DNA of 64,000 nucleotides from the NCBI RefSeq assembly GCF_001194135.2, contig NC_068986.1, positions 4,107,554 through 4,171,553 on the forward strand, in the 5' to 3' direction. The notes under the pieces are model-generated. The model ran no database searches. It had not been told where the DNA came from and was given only the letters and a program-made list of their open reading frames with translations. The position numbers and the translations under genes are program-made. This stretch comes from Octopus bimaculoides. Its lineage: Eukaryota. Shown one piece after another: positions 34,955 through 48,369 of the stretch; within the stretch, counting starts at the first letter, position 1; each line of letters opens with the position of its first letter.

Positions 34955-36090
34955 GACTCCATCACCTGCACTTCTAGCAACGTCATCTAATGCATCTCCT
35001 GCTCTCTCTGTCCTTCTCTATACATCGGTCAAACAGGACGCCGCTTGGCTGACCGGTTCATGGAACACCTCCGAGACATCAGACTCACCAACAACACCCC
35101 GGTCTCACACAATTTCCGCTCTATCCGTCACTCTTTACAACACTTGTCTGTGTTCGGATTCTCCTTGCACAGGGGCCATCCTGACACCCGTCTTCGCCGT
35201 GGGCAGGGATTAATCTTCTCTCATCACTCTTTGCACCACATGGGCTTCACTCTCTTCCCCTCTTCATCTAACCCTTCTCCTCTCTCCCTCTCACACCTAC
35301 TTCCTCCCACCCACCTCTCCTCTCTTGCTCCGGCACCTACTTCCTCTCTTCACTCCTACCCACCTTCTCCCTTCCACCCTCTCCCTTCATCGTCAGCCCT
35401 CCCTCGTTACCCACCCCTACGCATTCCAACCCCACCATCCCTATACATCCCATCCCTATACATCCCATCTCTATACATCCCATNNNNNNNNNNNNNNNNN
35501 NNNNNNNNNNNNNNNNNNNNNNNNNNNNNNNNNNNNNNNNNNNNNNNNNNNNNNNNNNNNNNNNNNNNNNNNNNNNNNNNNNNNNNNNNNNNNNNNNNNN
35601 NNNNNNNNNNNNNNNNNNNNNNNNNNNNNNNNNNNACATCCAACACCATCACACCACACCACACACCACCTCACCACCACACCACACTACACCACATCAC
35701 ATCACCCCGCACACACTAGCACTGACCACTTCCCAGCACCTACACCATCATCCACACACCTACACACGCACATACACACACGTCAAGGTCACCATCTCCC
35801 TTCCACACACACATACACATACATGCGCACCTTCGTTTTAGGATCACCACTACTTTATTATCTCTCCTTCTCTCTAGCTCTCCTTTGTGACCCCTCTGTC
35901 TGGCATTCACCATGATAGAGCGTTAGACACTAAACCTTTTTCTATTTTCTCTCCTTATTTCTTTCTGTGTTCCTTTCTGTTGAAGAGCATAGGCTCGAAA
36001 CCTAAAAGACTTTCTCACTTCTCAAGCATTAAACATCTGTTTGTTGTTTACACACCCGTCTTCATCTTTTGTTTTTTTTTGTAAATTCTC
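34955..36090 (+). pseudogene. Penelope-like GIY-YIG 3' end and tail (third family), spans an N-gap
   Basis: TCTSSNVI.CISCSLCPSLYIGQTGRRLADRFMEHLRD; pyrimidine-rich tail matches 63.5-64 kb. Confidence 0.85.
35973..36008 (+). ncRNA. Hammerhead-like motif (minimal type I, variant core)
   Basis: CTTT-CTGTTGA-A-GAGC-atag-GCTC-GAAA-CCTA-AAAG: stem I CTTT/AAAG, perfect stem II, GAAA present; A6 is T and the stem III palindrome ACGT is ACCT. Confidence 0.55.
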
Positions 36091-36775
36091 ACTATATATA
36101 TGTATATGTATGTATGTATGTATGTATGTATGCATAGAGTCAACAGATGAGATCCAGAGATTCTCATTATAGAAAACATTTAGTTGTGCTCAAATGATTT
36201 GAACTTACACTCGGAAATGTTTGCCAAGGACCAAGTCCACAATGTAAAGAGGTGCTAAAAAAGGAACCCAGATGAGAAGATCTGGAAATAATGATGTAAA
36301 TAAACAAATAAAACTGCTTGGGTTAGATATATAAAATATACATACATGTATGTATATATAGAGTAAATATAGAGAAAGCTGAGACTGAAAATTTTCAGAT
36401 AGTGAATATTCAAGTATAAATATATAGATATTTATATATTAACAGAGCAAACTGACACAGAGTACAAAGACACGGAAAATTAAAGGGGAGAACGTATGGT
36501 GTTTAAAGGCTGACAGCAGTTTTGGGAGTCTCCAAGTTACTTTTGAATGTTGGCAGATGTAGTTTGCAAAAATATGCAACTAGTAATGAAAGCAAATAAA
36601 TGTTGGGTAGACCCACCCTCTTTAGGCTGGATATGTGTGTGTGTGTGTGTGTGTATGTGTGTGTGTGTGTGTGTGCACGTGCGTGCACGTGCGTGTGTGT
36701 GATGTATGTATATATGTACATGCATGTATTTGTATGTGTTTATATACAGACATATACATATATATATAGATAGAT

Positions 36776-36807
<32 letters not shown>

Positions 36808-36882
36808 GAATGTAAGTATACATATATACATAAATGCTGAATGACAAGAATGATGGATAGGATTCTTTATTTGTGTATTAAG

Positions 36883-36937
<55 letters not shown>

Positions 36938-38419
36938 TTTATTCCTCTGCCTCAAAGATACATTAAATAATGAGGCTTAAATGCTTGACTACCAAACCAC
37001 ATGCTCATGAATTGAAACCTTACTTTTGACATTAACGCATGTTCACAAGTCAATAAATTCATCTCTGTTGAAAACACTTGCTCAAGGTGCCATGTAAGCA
37101 GTAGGATCAAACTCCAAACCACGTGGTTGTGAAATATAGCTGTAAACTACAGATAACTAGGTCTGTAATAACAATTAGTGCAGTACAGTAGAACAATTTT
37201 GTATTTCTATCAAAAATCTCAACATCATTGTTTCACTTAACATGTATTGAATACAACAGTCAAAAAAATAATAAATAAATAAATAAACAAATAAATAAAA
37301 CTATTATATATCATTAATATTTAACCATGGAGAAATTGTTTTACTTTTTTAACATTACTTGGAAGTTAATAATATCTTGGAAACTGCAACAAATGAATTT
37401 CATGGCTAAAAGCAATCTTCACACATTTACGAGTATTTCTATTTATCCATAGCATCATAAATGCTTGCAAAATGATCTTCCATGGATGTAATTGCATGTA
37501 ACAGGTATTTTTAGTGAAGAGATATTGAAAGTGGCTGGGAGAGAGGTGAACAGTTTTCTGTCTACACATCTTCACTAATGGAGCGATATATTTCTCATTG
37601 ATATTTGACTAGTCTTCATTTCGAGTGAAAGGAAAATAAAGGTATTTTTAGGTTGTCTTTCTACTGCAAATTACTTTCTGGAAATCTAGGAAGTAACGAC
37701 ATCAGTGATTTGGCTTGGTTATACAAAAAGACAATAGGAATATTATAAATAAGTGTATGCATATACATACACATTCTTATTCACATGCACACACACACAC
37801 GCAAGTATGTGAACGCATATATTCATACATATACACATGCACACACATGTATATACATACTTATATATATATATATATATATATATNNNNNNNNNNNNNN
37901 NNNNNNNNNNNNNNNNNNNNNNNNNNNNNNNNNNNNNNNNNNNNNNNNNNNNNNNNNNNNNNNNNNNNNNNNNNNNNNNNNNNNNNNNNNNNNNNNNNNA
38001 TATATATATACATACATATATATACATATATATACACGCATACATGCATACGTACACCCATGCCCACATCTATACATACATAGATACACACAAATATACA
38101 TTTGTACCCATTTAACAACAGGCACTCGCACACACACACACATCAACACACATAAAATCATACATACACAGAAACATACACATACACACATACATATATA
38201 TACACAAACGTACACACACATATGCACTCATTCAAACATACATATGCTCACAAACACACACACACACACACACACCCACACACACACACCCACACACACA
38301 TATGCACACAAGCACACAAACAACCAAGCAAACAAATACACCCGCCTTAACACTCTTATAAGCAGACACCAGTATAAACTCATAAACATGTGTTTCATAT
38401 CTCTGAACATAAACAGAGA

Positions 38420-38810
<391 letters not shown>

Positions 38811-39529
38811 AATTGATGGTTGTGCATTATACAAATATTGAATTACTATGATACAACAGATATTTTTTATGTTATTCTTCAGTGGATAAATCAGATCTAA
38901 TGCTAATATTTCTGCATTGGTTCCTTATTAGAATTTTAAATAATGATCAGATTATTAATTGTATCTTTTGTGTTTATATCTTTTATCTTCCATTTTTTAC
39001 TTAGTCATTAGACTGTAACCATGCTGGGGCATATATATATATATGCAGTGAAATAAGGATACAGATAGAATCAGGTACTTGAAAGGATATGCACCAGGTA
39101 GGGTTGGATAAACCTGTGGTTCTGACCTACAGTTGGTAAGTATCAAATAGGATATTCTGGCTGTGTACACAGAGAAAATCAACTCTCTGTGTATTTAGTG
39201 CCTAGGGGCTGGTCCAAAGTATATGTTATGTTGAATAGTATGTTGTTGATATACTCTAGGGTGTCTAATAAGTCATAAATCCCCTTGTAAAGGAATATTA
39301 ACAGACAATGGATAATTGTCAGCTCATTACAGCTGTTTCTTATGCATTTTTTAATAGAAGAATGAGAACATTACTCCATTACAAAAAAACGTAATCAACA
39401 GATGAAATGTAATTTTACAAAGAAAGGAATATCCTAAGACTACAGCAGGGATGTGGCTGAAGTCTGTTGGGACTAAACAGTTGTAATGAGCTGGCAAATA
39501 TCCATTGTCTGTTATTATTCATTTGATCA

Positions 39530-39770
39530 AGATGTAGTTCGGGTTTGTGCCAGGGAGAAGCACCACTGATGCTATATTTCTGGTAAGACAGCTGCAGGAG
39601 AAATACCTAGCCAAAGATAAACATCTGTNNNNNNNNNNAAATACCTAGCCAAAGATAAACATCTGTACCTGGCTTTCGTTGACATGGAGAAAGCCTTTGA
39701 CAGGGTCACCCGATCCCTTATCTAGTGCTCAATGCAGAAACTAAGGATAGAAGAGTGGTTAGTAAGAGCA
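39530..39770 (+). pseudogene. RTE RT fragment
   Basis: QFGFVPGRSTTDAIFLVRQLQEKYLAK..LYLAFVDMEKAFDRV. Confidence 0.85.
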
Positions 39771-39774
39771 CCAT

Positions 39775-40058
39775 TCGAGTGTGATCATTGCCAGTGCCAT
39801 CTGACTGGCTCCCATGGTGGTGGCAGGCAAAAAGCACCATTCAAGCATGGTTGATGCCAGTACCACCTGACTGGCATGTAAAAAGCAGCCACTACACTCT
39901 AGGAGTGGTTGGCGTTAGGAAGTGCATCCAGCTGTAGAAAATTTACCAGATCAGATTGGAACCTGGTGCAGCCATCTGGCTTTCCAGCCCTCAGTAAAAC
40001 CGTCCAACCCATGCCAGCATGTAAAGTGGACGTTAAATGACGACGACGATGATGATGA
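39775..40058 (+). mobile_element. SINE/RTE-associated repeat ending in (GAT)n
   Basis: gagtggttggcgttaggaag.gcatccagctgtagaaa..gtggacgttaaatgacgacgatgatg; other copies at 48370-48835 (-), 52815-53135 (+) and 56526-56698 (-). Confidence 0.8.
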
Positions 40059-40639
40059 TATATATTTATATATATGTATGTGTATATATATATATATATA
40101 TTTATATATNNNNNNNNNNNNNNNNNNNNNNNNNNNNNNNNNNNNNNNNNNNNNNNNNNNNNNNNNNNNNNNNNNNNNNNNNNNNNNNNNNNNNNNNNNN
40201 NNNNNNNNNNNNNNNNNNNNNNNNNNNNNNNNNNNNNNNNNNNNNNNNNNNNNNNNNNNNNNNNNNNNNNNNNNNNNNNNNNNNNNNNNNNNNNNNNNNN
40301 NNNNNNNNNNNNNNNNNNNNNNNNNNNNNNNNNNNNNNNNNNNNNNNNNNNNNNNNNNNNNATATATAGAGACACATACATACATACATGTATGTGTATA
40401 TTTATGTGTGTGTGTGTCTTTGTGTCTGTGTTTGTCACCCAATCACCACTTGACAACTGATGTTGGTTTGTTTATGTCTCCATAACTTAGTGGTTCACCA
40501 AAAGTGACCGATAGAATAAGTACTAGGCTTAAAAGAAGTCAATTTGTTCGAATAAAATCCCTTGAAAGGGGTGCTCCAGCAAGTAAAAGAATAAAAAAAT
40601 AAAAAGTAAAATAATATGTGTGCGTGTATGTATATGTGC

Positions 40640-40693
<54 letters not shown>

Positions 40694-40728
40694 NNNNNNN
40701 NNNNNNNNNNNNNNNNNNNNNNNNNNNN

Positions 40729-40803
<75 letters not shown>

Positions 40804-41284
40804 ATGTATGTATGTATAAAAGGATCATTCACAGCCGATTGTTTGAATCTGGCGAGTGCCAGGGACTTCAGCTAAAAGCATTAAACCTCTGTGAAAGGCA
40901 AATGAATGTGTACAAGAATGGAAACATAAACAAAAAAGCTAGAATTATATATGTACAACAGAACACCTTTTGGCTATGCAACAGAAGGAAAACAATTGTA
41001 CAATTACGAATATAGATTAATAAATAACAGAAAGGGCCTTTTGACTAGTGGATGAATGTAACGTTATGAAATAATAATGCAAGTGCAACGTTAAAAGAAT
41101 TATACATATACAATGGACAAATGCCTTGCAGCTATTCAACAAAAGGGAAATAATTGTACAATTACAACATAAATAAATAACAAAAAGGGTCTTTCAACTA
41201 TCAGACAAATGTAATTAGCTGGCACAAAGGAAAAATGGAAAAATTTTAACAGACTGGACAGGAGAACAGACAGACGTGACCAAC

Positions 41285-41682
41285 TCTTTTACTCTTTTAC
41301 TTGTTTCAGTCATTTGACTGTGGCCATGCTGGAGCACCGCCTTTAGTCGAGCAAATCGACCCCAGGACTTATTCCTTGTAAGCCTAGTACTTACTCTATT
41401 GGTCTCTTTTGCCAAACCACTAAGTTACGGGGACGTAAACACACCATCAGTTGTCAAGCGATGTTGGGGGGGTCAAACACAGACGCACAAACACACACAC
41501 ACATATATATACATATACATATATACGACAGGCTTCTTTCAGTTTCCGTCTACCAAATCCACTCACAAGGCTTTGGTCGGCCCAAGGCTATAGTAGAAGA
41601 CACTTGCCCAAGGTGCCACGCAGTGGGACTGAACCCAGAACCATGTGGTTGGTAAGCAAGCTACTTACTACACAGCCACTCA
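41285..41682 (-). mobile_element. SINE family C, full length
   Basis: Minus strand gagtggctgtgtagtaagtagcttgcttaccaaccacatggttctgggttcagtcccactgcgtggc tRNA-like head; internal TG microsatellite. Confidence 0.9.
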
Positions 41683-42499
41683 AAAAAGGATGACAATGCC
41701 TGAGCCAGACAGCAATCACGTGGTAGTAGAGGGAAATAGTTGAAGAGGGAAAAGGGACCAAAGAATAGGAGAAAGAGGGAAGAAATCAGAAGGACTAAAG
41801 AATGGGGGGGAAGAGAGAGAGAGAGAAATGGTACAAAGGAGGAAGGAATGCAAAGGGATTGAAGAATAAGGAGGAGGAAGGGATTAAGGAATATGAGAGG
41901 GAAAATGAAATCAGTGGGACTGAGGAACGAGGGGAAGGGAAGAGAAGGGGAGACCTTTGTTGTATAGATCAAAGCCATTCGTCCATTGTATATGTATTAT
42001 TCTTTTCTTGTTGCATTTGCATTATTATTTCAGAATGTTATGTCGTTCATCTGATAGTCGAAAGACCCTTTCTGTTATTTATTTATTTGTGTTTGTAAGT
42101 GTACAATTGTTTTCCTTCTGTTGAATAGTTGAAAGGCATTCCGTTTTATGTGTATAATTCTAGCTCTCTCGTTTTTGTTTCCATTCTTGTATACATTTGT
42201 TTGCCTTTCTCAGAGTTTTAATGCTTTTAGCTGAAGTCCCTGGCACTTGCTGGATTCAAGCAATCATGGGGTTAAAGGAGTGTGAAATTACAAGGACTTT
42301 CCAGACACTGACTGAAGAGGAAATAGGCTGCAAATTATCCATATATTCTATTTTTGTCCTGTTTGCCATTTGTTTTGTTATTGTCTGTCTTTTCGCATGT
42401 TGTATTTCGTTGATTTCTGCTTGTAGTGTTCTTTCAGTCCTACCTTTGATTTATCCATGTGGCACACCATACAATATGCTGTTTACTTTGTTATATATT

Positions 42500-44200
42500 G
42501 CTGGAAAGGTCCTCTGTAGGGTAATGCTGAATAGATTGCTTCTGCACATTGCTGATGAGGTTCTACCAGAATCACAATGTGGGTTTAGGGATAGTAGGAG
42601 TACTAAGAATATGATATTTTCGGCTAGTGCATCGAACAGGATATGGACTTATACCAGGTTTTCGTTGACCAAACAAAAGCATTTGATTCTATCAATAGAA
42701 TTGCACTTTGAAAGATCCTAAAAATGCCCTGAAAAATTTGTCAGAATGCTTAGACAATTTCATGACTTGATGGAAGTGAGAGTTAATGCTGGAGGTACCT
42801 TATCAGATCCAATTTCTGTAGAAAATGGTGTAAAGCAAGGTGATATTCCTACTCCTACACTGTTTGCTATATATTTCGCAATAGTCTTTCAAATAGCTTT
42901 TAAAAATTGCCCTGAAGGGGTCTATATAAGATATAGGATAACAGGAAAACTGTTCAATCTCAAAAAACTCTGTGCCAAAACGAAAATTCTGCATTCTCAC
43001 CTTGTTGAGTTTCTGTATGCAGATGATTGTGACCTGTTGGCACATTCTCAGAAAGATATGCAGCACATGGTGAATGCAATTTGTGCAGCATGTGCAGCAT
43101 TGGGTCTAACAGTCAATCTAAAAAAAACTGTCATAATGTGCCAGCCCGCTCCCTCCAAGATGTATGTGGAACGTTTTATAACTGTGAATGGTTAAAGGTT
43201 GGAGACAGTACCTAGATTTATTTATTTAGGAAGTACCTTGAGCACTGCTGGTCTTGGTGATGATAGTAGTGCTTTTGGTAGGCTTGATAGGCATCTGTGG
43301 AAACAACATAATATATCTTCACAAATTAAAGTTAAGGTATATAACACATGTGTCCTCCCATCTTTGCTATATGGAAGTGAGGCAGGTAAGGCAATTGGAA
43401 TGATTTCATCAATACTGCCTGAGAAAAATTTGGGGGATAAACTGGAAAATGCCATTAGTGATGTGGAGGTGCTTGAGAAGAGTGGCAGTAGAAGTATAGA
43501 GCCAATGATTTTGCAAAGATGTTTGAGGTGGGGGGGGGGTATATTTGGTAAGGATGAGTGATGAGCAACTGCCCAAGCAGCTATTGTATGGTGAGCTGGA
43601 AGATGGCATGAGACCAGCACATAAGCCTAAACTAAGGTTTAAGGATTGCCTTAAAAATGCTCTAAAACAGACAGGAATTGCAGCTGGTAATTGGGAGAGG
43701 TAAGCACAAGACTGTAATAGATGGAGGAAGATAGTGCATAATGGTTGCTCAAAGTTTGAGAGGGAGAGAGTGAAATATGAGAGAATTAGGAGGGGACTTA
43801 GAAGGGGGGAATCTGTGGAGAGTGAAGGAGTGTTGCTTTTTATGTGTGTAGTTTGTGGGCAGAGGTGCTTGAGTCATGCAGGCCTGGTGAGCCATCAAAA
43901 TTCTCATAGAAATCGACCCATGATAAACAATAATGTGACTATTAAAATTCATAACAGAACGTGTGTAAAATGTGGAAGCATGTGCCTCTCAGTAGGAGGT
44001 CTAAAAGGATATGTTAAGAGAGTGCATATGGTAACAGCTGTTTCTCCTGCCAGCCAGCACAATTGTCTAGTATGTAATAAAATGTGTAAAAGCTTGGCTG
44101 AACTTAAAAGTTATATAAGGGCATCACATGGCAACTATAATGAATCATTTCAGTAAGTCTTCTTGGCAATGGCTTTTTTCATGTAACGAGGATGTAGTTG
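42500..44200 (+). pseudogene. RTE-BovB-like LINE RT with C-terminal C2H2-like fingers
   Basis: IAGKVLCRVMLNRL, LPESQCGFR, GVKQGD.PTPTLF, EFLYADDCDL, FIYLGSTLS, LPSLLYGSE and QLLYGEL; three CxxC..H motifs in 43734-44156. Confidence 0.9.
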
Positions 44201-44417
44201 TCATGTCATGTATGTATGTATGTATGTATGTATGTATGTATGTATGTATGTATGTATGTATGCATGCTTGTGTGTATATGTATGTATGTCTATGTGTATG
44301 CTTGTATGTATGTATGAGCTTCTTTCAGTTTCTGTCTTGCAAACCTACATATAAGGCTGATCCTAAAACTACATGGCTACAAGTGCAAAACTCTTACCCA
44401 CACTGCATGCCTGCATT

Positions 44418-44478
<61 letters not shown>

Positions 44479-45111
44479 ATACATGCACACACATGCATGT
44501 ATGTGTATGTCAATCAAAATTCAATGAAAATTTGAATACAGAGAATATGATTTAATAACCCAGTAAAGGTTTAATAGCAAAATAGTATTAGTAAAATGGT
44601 ACAACTCAATCAGCCTAGAATTATGTTGTTTGACCAGTTTGGAATAAGAATTCACTCATTTCCTAAGGTTTTTTTCCTCTGTAACCATCAACTTGCAAGT
44701 TGATGGCTACATGATCACAAAAATTGTTAACCACATCAAGATCATCAGTCACAGAAGGACAAAGAAAGATTTTGATAATTAAAAGTGATTAATTGAATAG
44801 AATAGCTGGACTGATGTGGTGGATGGGGGACAATTAATGACTTGAATTCAATTAGGGAACAAAAACTTAAAATCAGTTGTGAATTCTGAAAAATGAATTG
44901 TAATTTTCCTTTTTTAAAAATAAATTGTGATGGAGTGAGACTCCTTGAATTTTATTATTTATTGTCATTTGATGTTACTTTTCTTTCTGTATTTACTGGT
45001 TCTAGTGATTGATGCTTTGAGAAAGAGGTAAAGAAATGCTACCAAAAGATGATGCTGAAGATGAGGAGAATCATTGGTGGGATGGGTGGAAGGACCATTA
45101 CCCTCCTCCTC

Positions 45112-45197
<86 letters not shown>

Positions 45198-45461
45198 ATT
45201 GAAATGGGCAGCTGTAAGGTGGTAATGGTCATTAAGGATATGAAGACAAGGAAAATGGTTAGACTATAAGAGATAGTTTCAGAGGCACTGGAAATACCTG
45301 GCAAAGAAGACAGGTGCTAGTCAATCTGATAGTCATTGGGCTGTGGCCATGCTAGGGCACTACCTTGAAATACTTGGTGAAAGCTTATAATTCTATTTAC
45401 AAACTTTCACTCACCACCATTTTCACCACCATACATATATGTATATATATGTATGTATATG

Positions 45462-45775
45462 TGGAGGTGCAATGGCCCAGTGGTTAGGGCAGCAGACTCG
45501 CAGTCGGAGGATCACAGTTTCGATTCCCAGACCGGGCATTATGTGTGTTCATTGAGTGAAAACACCTAAAGCTCCATGAAGCTCCGACAGGGGGTGGTGG
45601 CAACCCCTGTTGTACTCTTTTGCCCCAACTTTCTCTCACTCTTTCTTCCTGTTTCTTGAGTAATGCTGCGATGGACTGGCATCCTGTCCAGCTGGTGGGG
45701 GAACACATACACCATAGAAACTGGGAAACCGGGCCCATGAACCTGGCTAGGCTTTAAAAGGGCACATAAATAAAT
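45462..45775 (+). mobile_element. SINE family B variant
   Basis: ggaggtgcaatggcccagtggttagggcagcagactcg..gtttcgattcccagacc tRNA head. Confidence 0.88.
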
Positions 45776-45909
45776 AAAACTGTATGTACGTATGTACATA
45801 TGTATGTATGTATCTATCTATCTATCTTTATCTATATGTGTATGTGTGTGTGCGTATATGTGTGTGTGTGTGTGTGTGTGTCTGTCTGTCTGTCTGTCTG
45901 TCTGTATGT

Positions 45910-46310
45910 ATATTAGTTTGTTGAGAAAAAGCTGTCCAATTTTTCAAAAACATTTGTTCAAATTCGATTTAAGATGTTATTTTTGTAGTGCTTTAGATTA
46001 AATTTTACATGTTTAATAAGTAATGTGTATGCTTTAATAAATCTTTATTGATTTCTTTCAGAATATGATTTTGAAGCATAAGAATCCTTAATTTCAAACA
46101 TGAAAAAAGAAGAAATGTGTTTTCACTTTATTTGCATGAATTCAAGCTTGGACATAATGCTTCCCAAACAGCTGCCAATATCAACAGAACATGGTGTGAA
46201 GGGTCCACTAGTGATTGGACAGTACGACAGTGGTTTGAGAGATTCCGTGGTGGGGATGAGAGCCTTGAAGGTCAAGAATGTAGAGGACGTCCATTCCTCT
46301 TTGATGATTG
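45910..46310 (+). mobile_element. Mariner 5' fragment
   Basis: LHEFKLGHNASQTAANINRTWCEGSTSDWTVRQWFERFRGGDESLEG.E.RGRP (HTH_48-like). Confidence 0.8.
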
Positions 46311-46499
46311 GACATTTCTTCATACCATAGCAAAAAAAGACTTGATTTACTTCTTCTAGCAGAATAGACAGCAGAAGGTATTCTCTGGGGAAAGTCACTG
46401 ATAGTAGGTTAGTATTGTGAAGACATTATCCTTCTATCTGCTTCTATAATGCATTAGAACCTAGAGTTGACCACCAATGCTTGAATCATTGAGTTTTAT

Positions 46500-46576
46500 T
46501 TCTCTGAACATGTGATTGTGTGTGTGCGTGTGTGCATGTATGCATATGTTTGTGTGTGTGTGCGTGTGTACATGCA

Positions 46577-46607
<31 letters not shown>

Positions 46608-47010
46608 ATGTGTCAGTATGTGTGTGAGTATATGTGTGTAAATATGATTGTGTGTTTATGTGTGTGTGTATGTGTGTGTGTGTGTGCATGCACATGTGTT
46701 TGTGCTTGTGTGTGTGTGTACATGCATGTGTGTGAGAGGGAGAGAGAATGTGTCAGTATGTGTGTGAGTATATGTGTGTAAATATGATTGTGTGTATGTG
46801 TGTCTCTGTGTGTGTGTCCATGCATATATATGTGTATGTAACTGTGTGTGAACATATGCATGTAGAGTGTGATTGTGTGTGAGTGTATGTCTGTGTATGT
46901 GTGTGTGTATGTTTGTGTGTGTGTGTGTCTATGTTTGTCTGTGTGTCTGTATGTATGACTGTGTGTGTCTGTGTATGTGCATATTTGTGTGTGTTCCATG
47001 TGTATTTAGA
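46500..47010. repeat. Complex (TG)/(AG) microsatellite with an internal ~80-bp duplication
   Basis: gtacatgcatgtgtgtgaga..aatgtgtcagtatgtgtgtgagtatatgtgtgtaaatatgattg occurs twice. Confidence 0.9.
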
Positions 47011-47131
47011 ATTCATTTAGAATTCACCAAGTAAAAAATATTAATTGTCCTTGTTATAATCTAAAATTTGTTATAAATTTAGATTTTTGTTATTGCTGTT
47101 GTTGTTGTTGTTATAAACAAAAAGAATTTGC

Positions 47132-47361
47132 CTTCCGAATAATCTGAAACTTTGGAATGACAAAAATTGATTTGAAATAATAATTGCTCATAAGAATCAA
47201 TGATTCTGCTTTTAATCATTGTAACAGCAGCGGATAAGTCCAAGACTGTGAGGTCCATTAAAGTATTAAACATAGTCTTCGGAGAGAATCTATTATTCAT
47301 TCAGGCACATTTAAGTAGATTGGGAATAATTCCAATATTAGCAAAGCTCTTCAGATAATAT
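47132..47361 (-). other. Candidate armadillo-like exon or pseudo-exon with an in-frame TGA
   Basis: Acceptor ttttcattcatatacag, possible GC donor AG|GCAAAT; 76 codons with one TGA (47301-47303); G/R-I-I motif at 42-residue spacing; not recognised as a named gene. Confidence 0.25.
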
Positions 47362-48369
47362 CTGTATATGAATGAAAATTCAGCTTCATTCTAAAGATTT
47401 TCAAGCTAAAACATAAACCTCTGTTTAAGTTACACTTCATTTCATTTTACCTTTTAATATTTCCTCACTTTCTCATGCACACTTTTTATAGCTTACAAAA
47501 CAGCTTTCTTCCAGAATTTTCAGCAGAACATTTGCATGTTATCAATATGGAATATATTATTTGGAATATATTCTTTTTATCTTCATAAAGAAATATGACA
47601 ATCTTCAAATGAATATAGCTGCTGCTGAAAGGAATTTTTTCTTACTTCTTGAATGGGAAGAAACTACCATCTCTTCATTTTTAGATTTCTGTTATGTTGC
47701 CAATAGTTGCCTTAATGTTAAATAAAAATATATATGAGAAGTCGATGTTTATGTACACAAATGAGTATAACTGCTTACGTTTGTGTTAATGTTGGTTAGA
47801 CCCAGGGAATCCTTGAAAGAGCAAAACTATGATCAAAGACATTCCATTTTTTGTTACCTTGCCATTTCTTTTATCAGGCATTATGCATCTAGGACTACAT
47901 TATCCAATGTGTATAGCAAGGTATGATATGAGGTAAATAAGGTTGTTGTTTCAAGTAGATGAAGTAATCAAGTAAAGGATGCCTTGTTGTTTAATGTTGT
48001 TGTTGATAGTTAATTGTAGTCTGAACTTGATTGAGTAAAACTACGATCAAAAGTGTTCCAACCATGACCATTCCACTTTTATTCAAATAATATGCACCCA
48101 GAAAAAACATTATTCAAAACAGTAGGATGTGATATGAAAGGGATTTGGTTACTATTTCCAACAAGTCAAGAAGCTGCATACAGACGTCTTAAGGGTGGTA
48201 GATGAAAGCATTGATAGAATAATGGACAAAATGTCTTTCCTTTATGTTTTGGGCTAAAGTTCTTCCTGTCAACTTTGCTTCCCATCATTAAAAAATAGTA
48301 CTAGTAACATACTGGAGTTCAATTTGATCATCCATACACCTTTACTAAAAAGAAATCATGATCTTGAAT

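Noticed and set aside
39601-39666. 28-bp direct repeat around a 10-N gap
   Set aside because: Overlapping contig ends; an assembly artefact
42197-42500. Hydrophobic, TM-like N-terminal part of ORF 42197..42721
   Set aside because: T-rich non-coding sequence read through into the LINE RT frame
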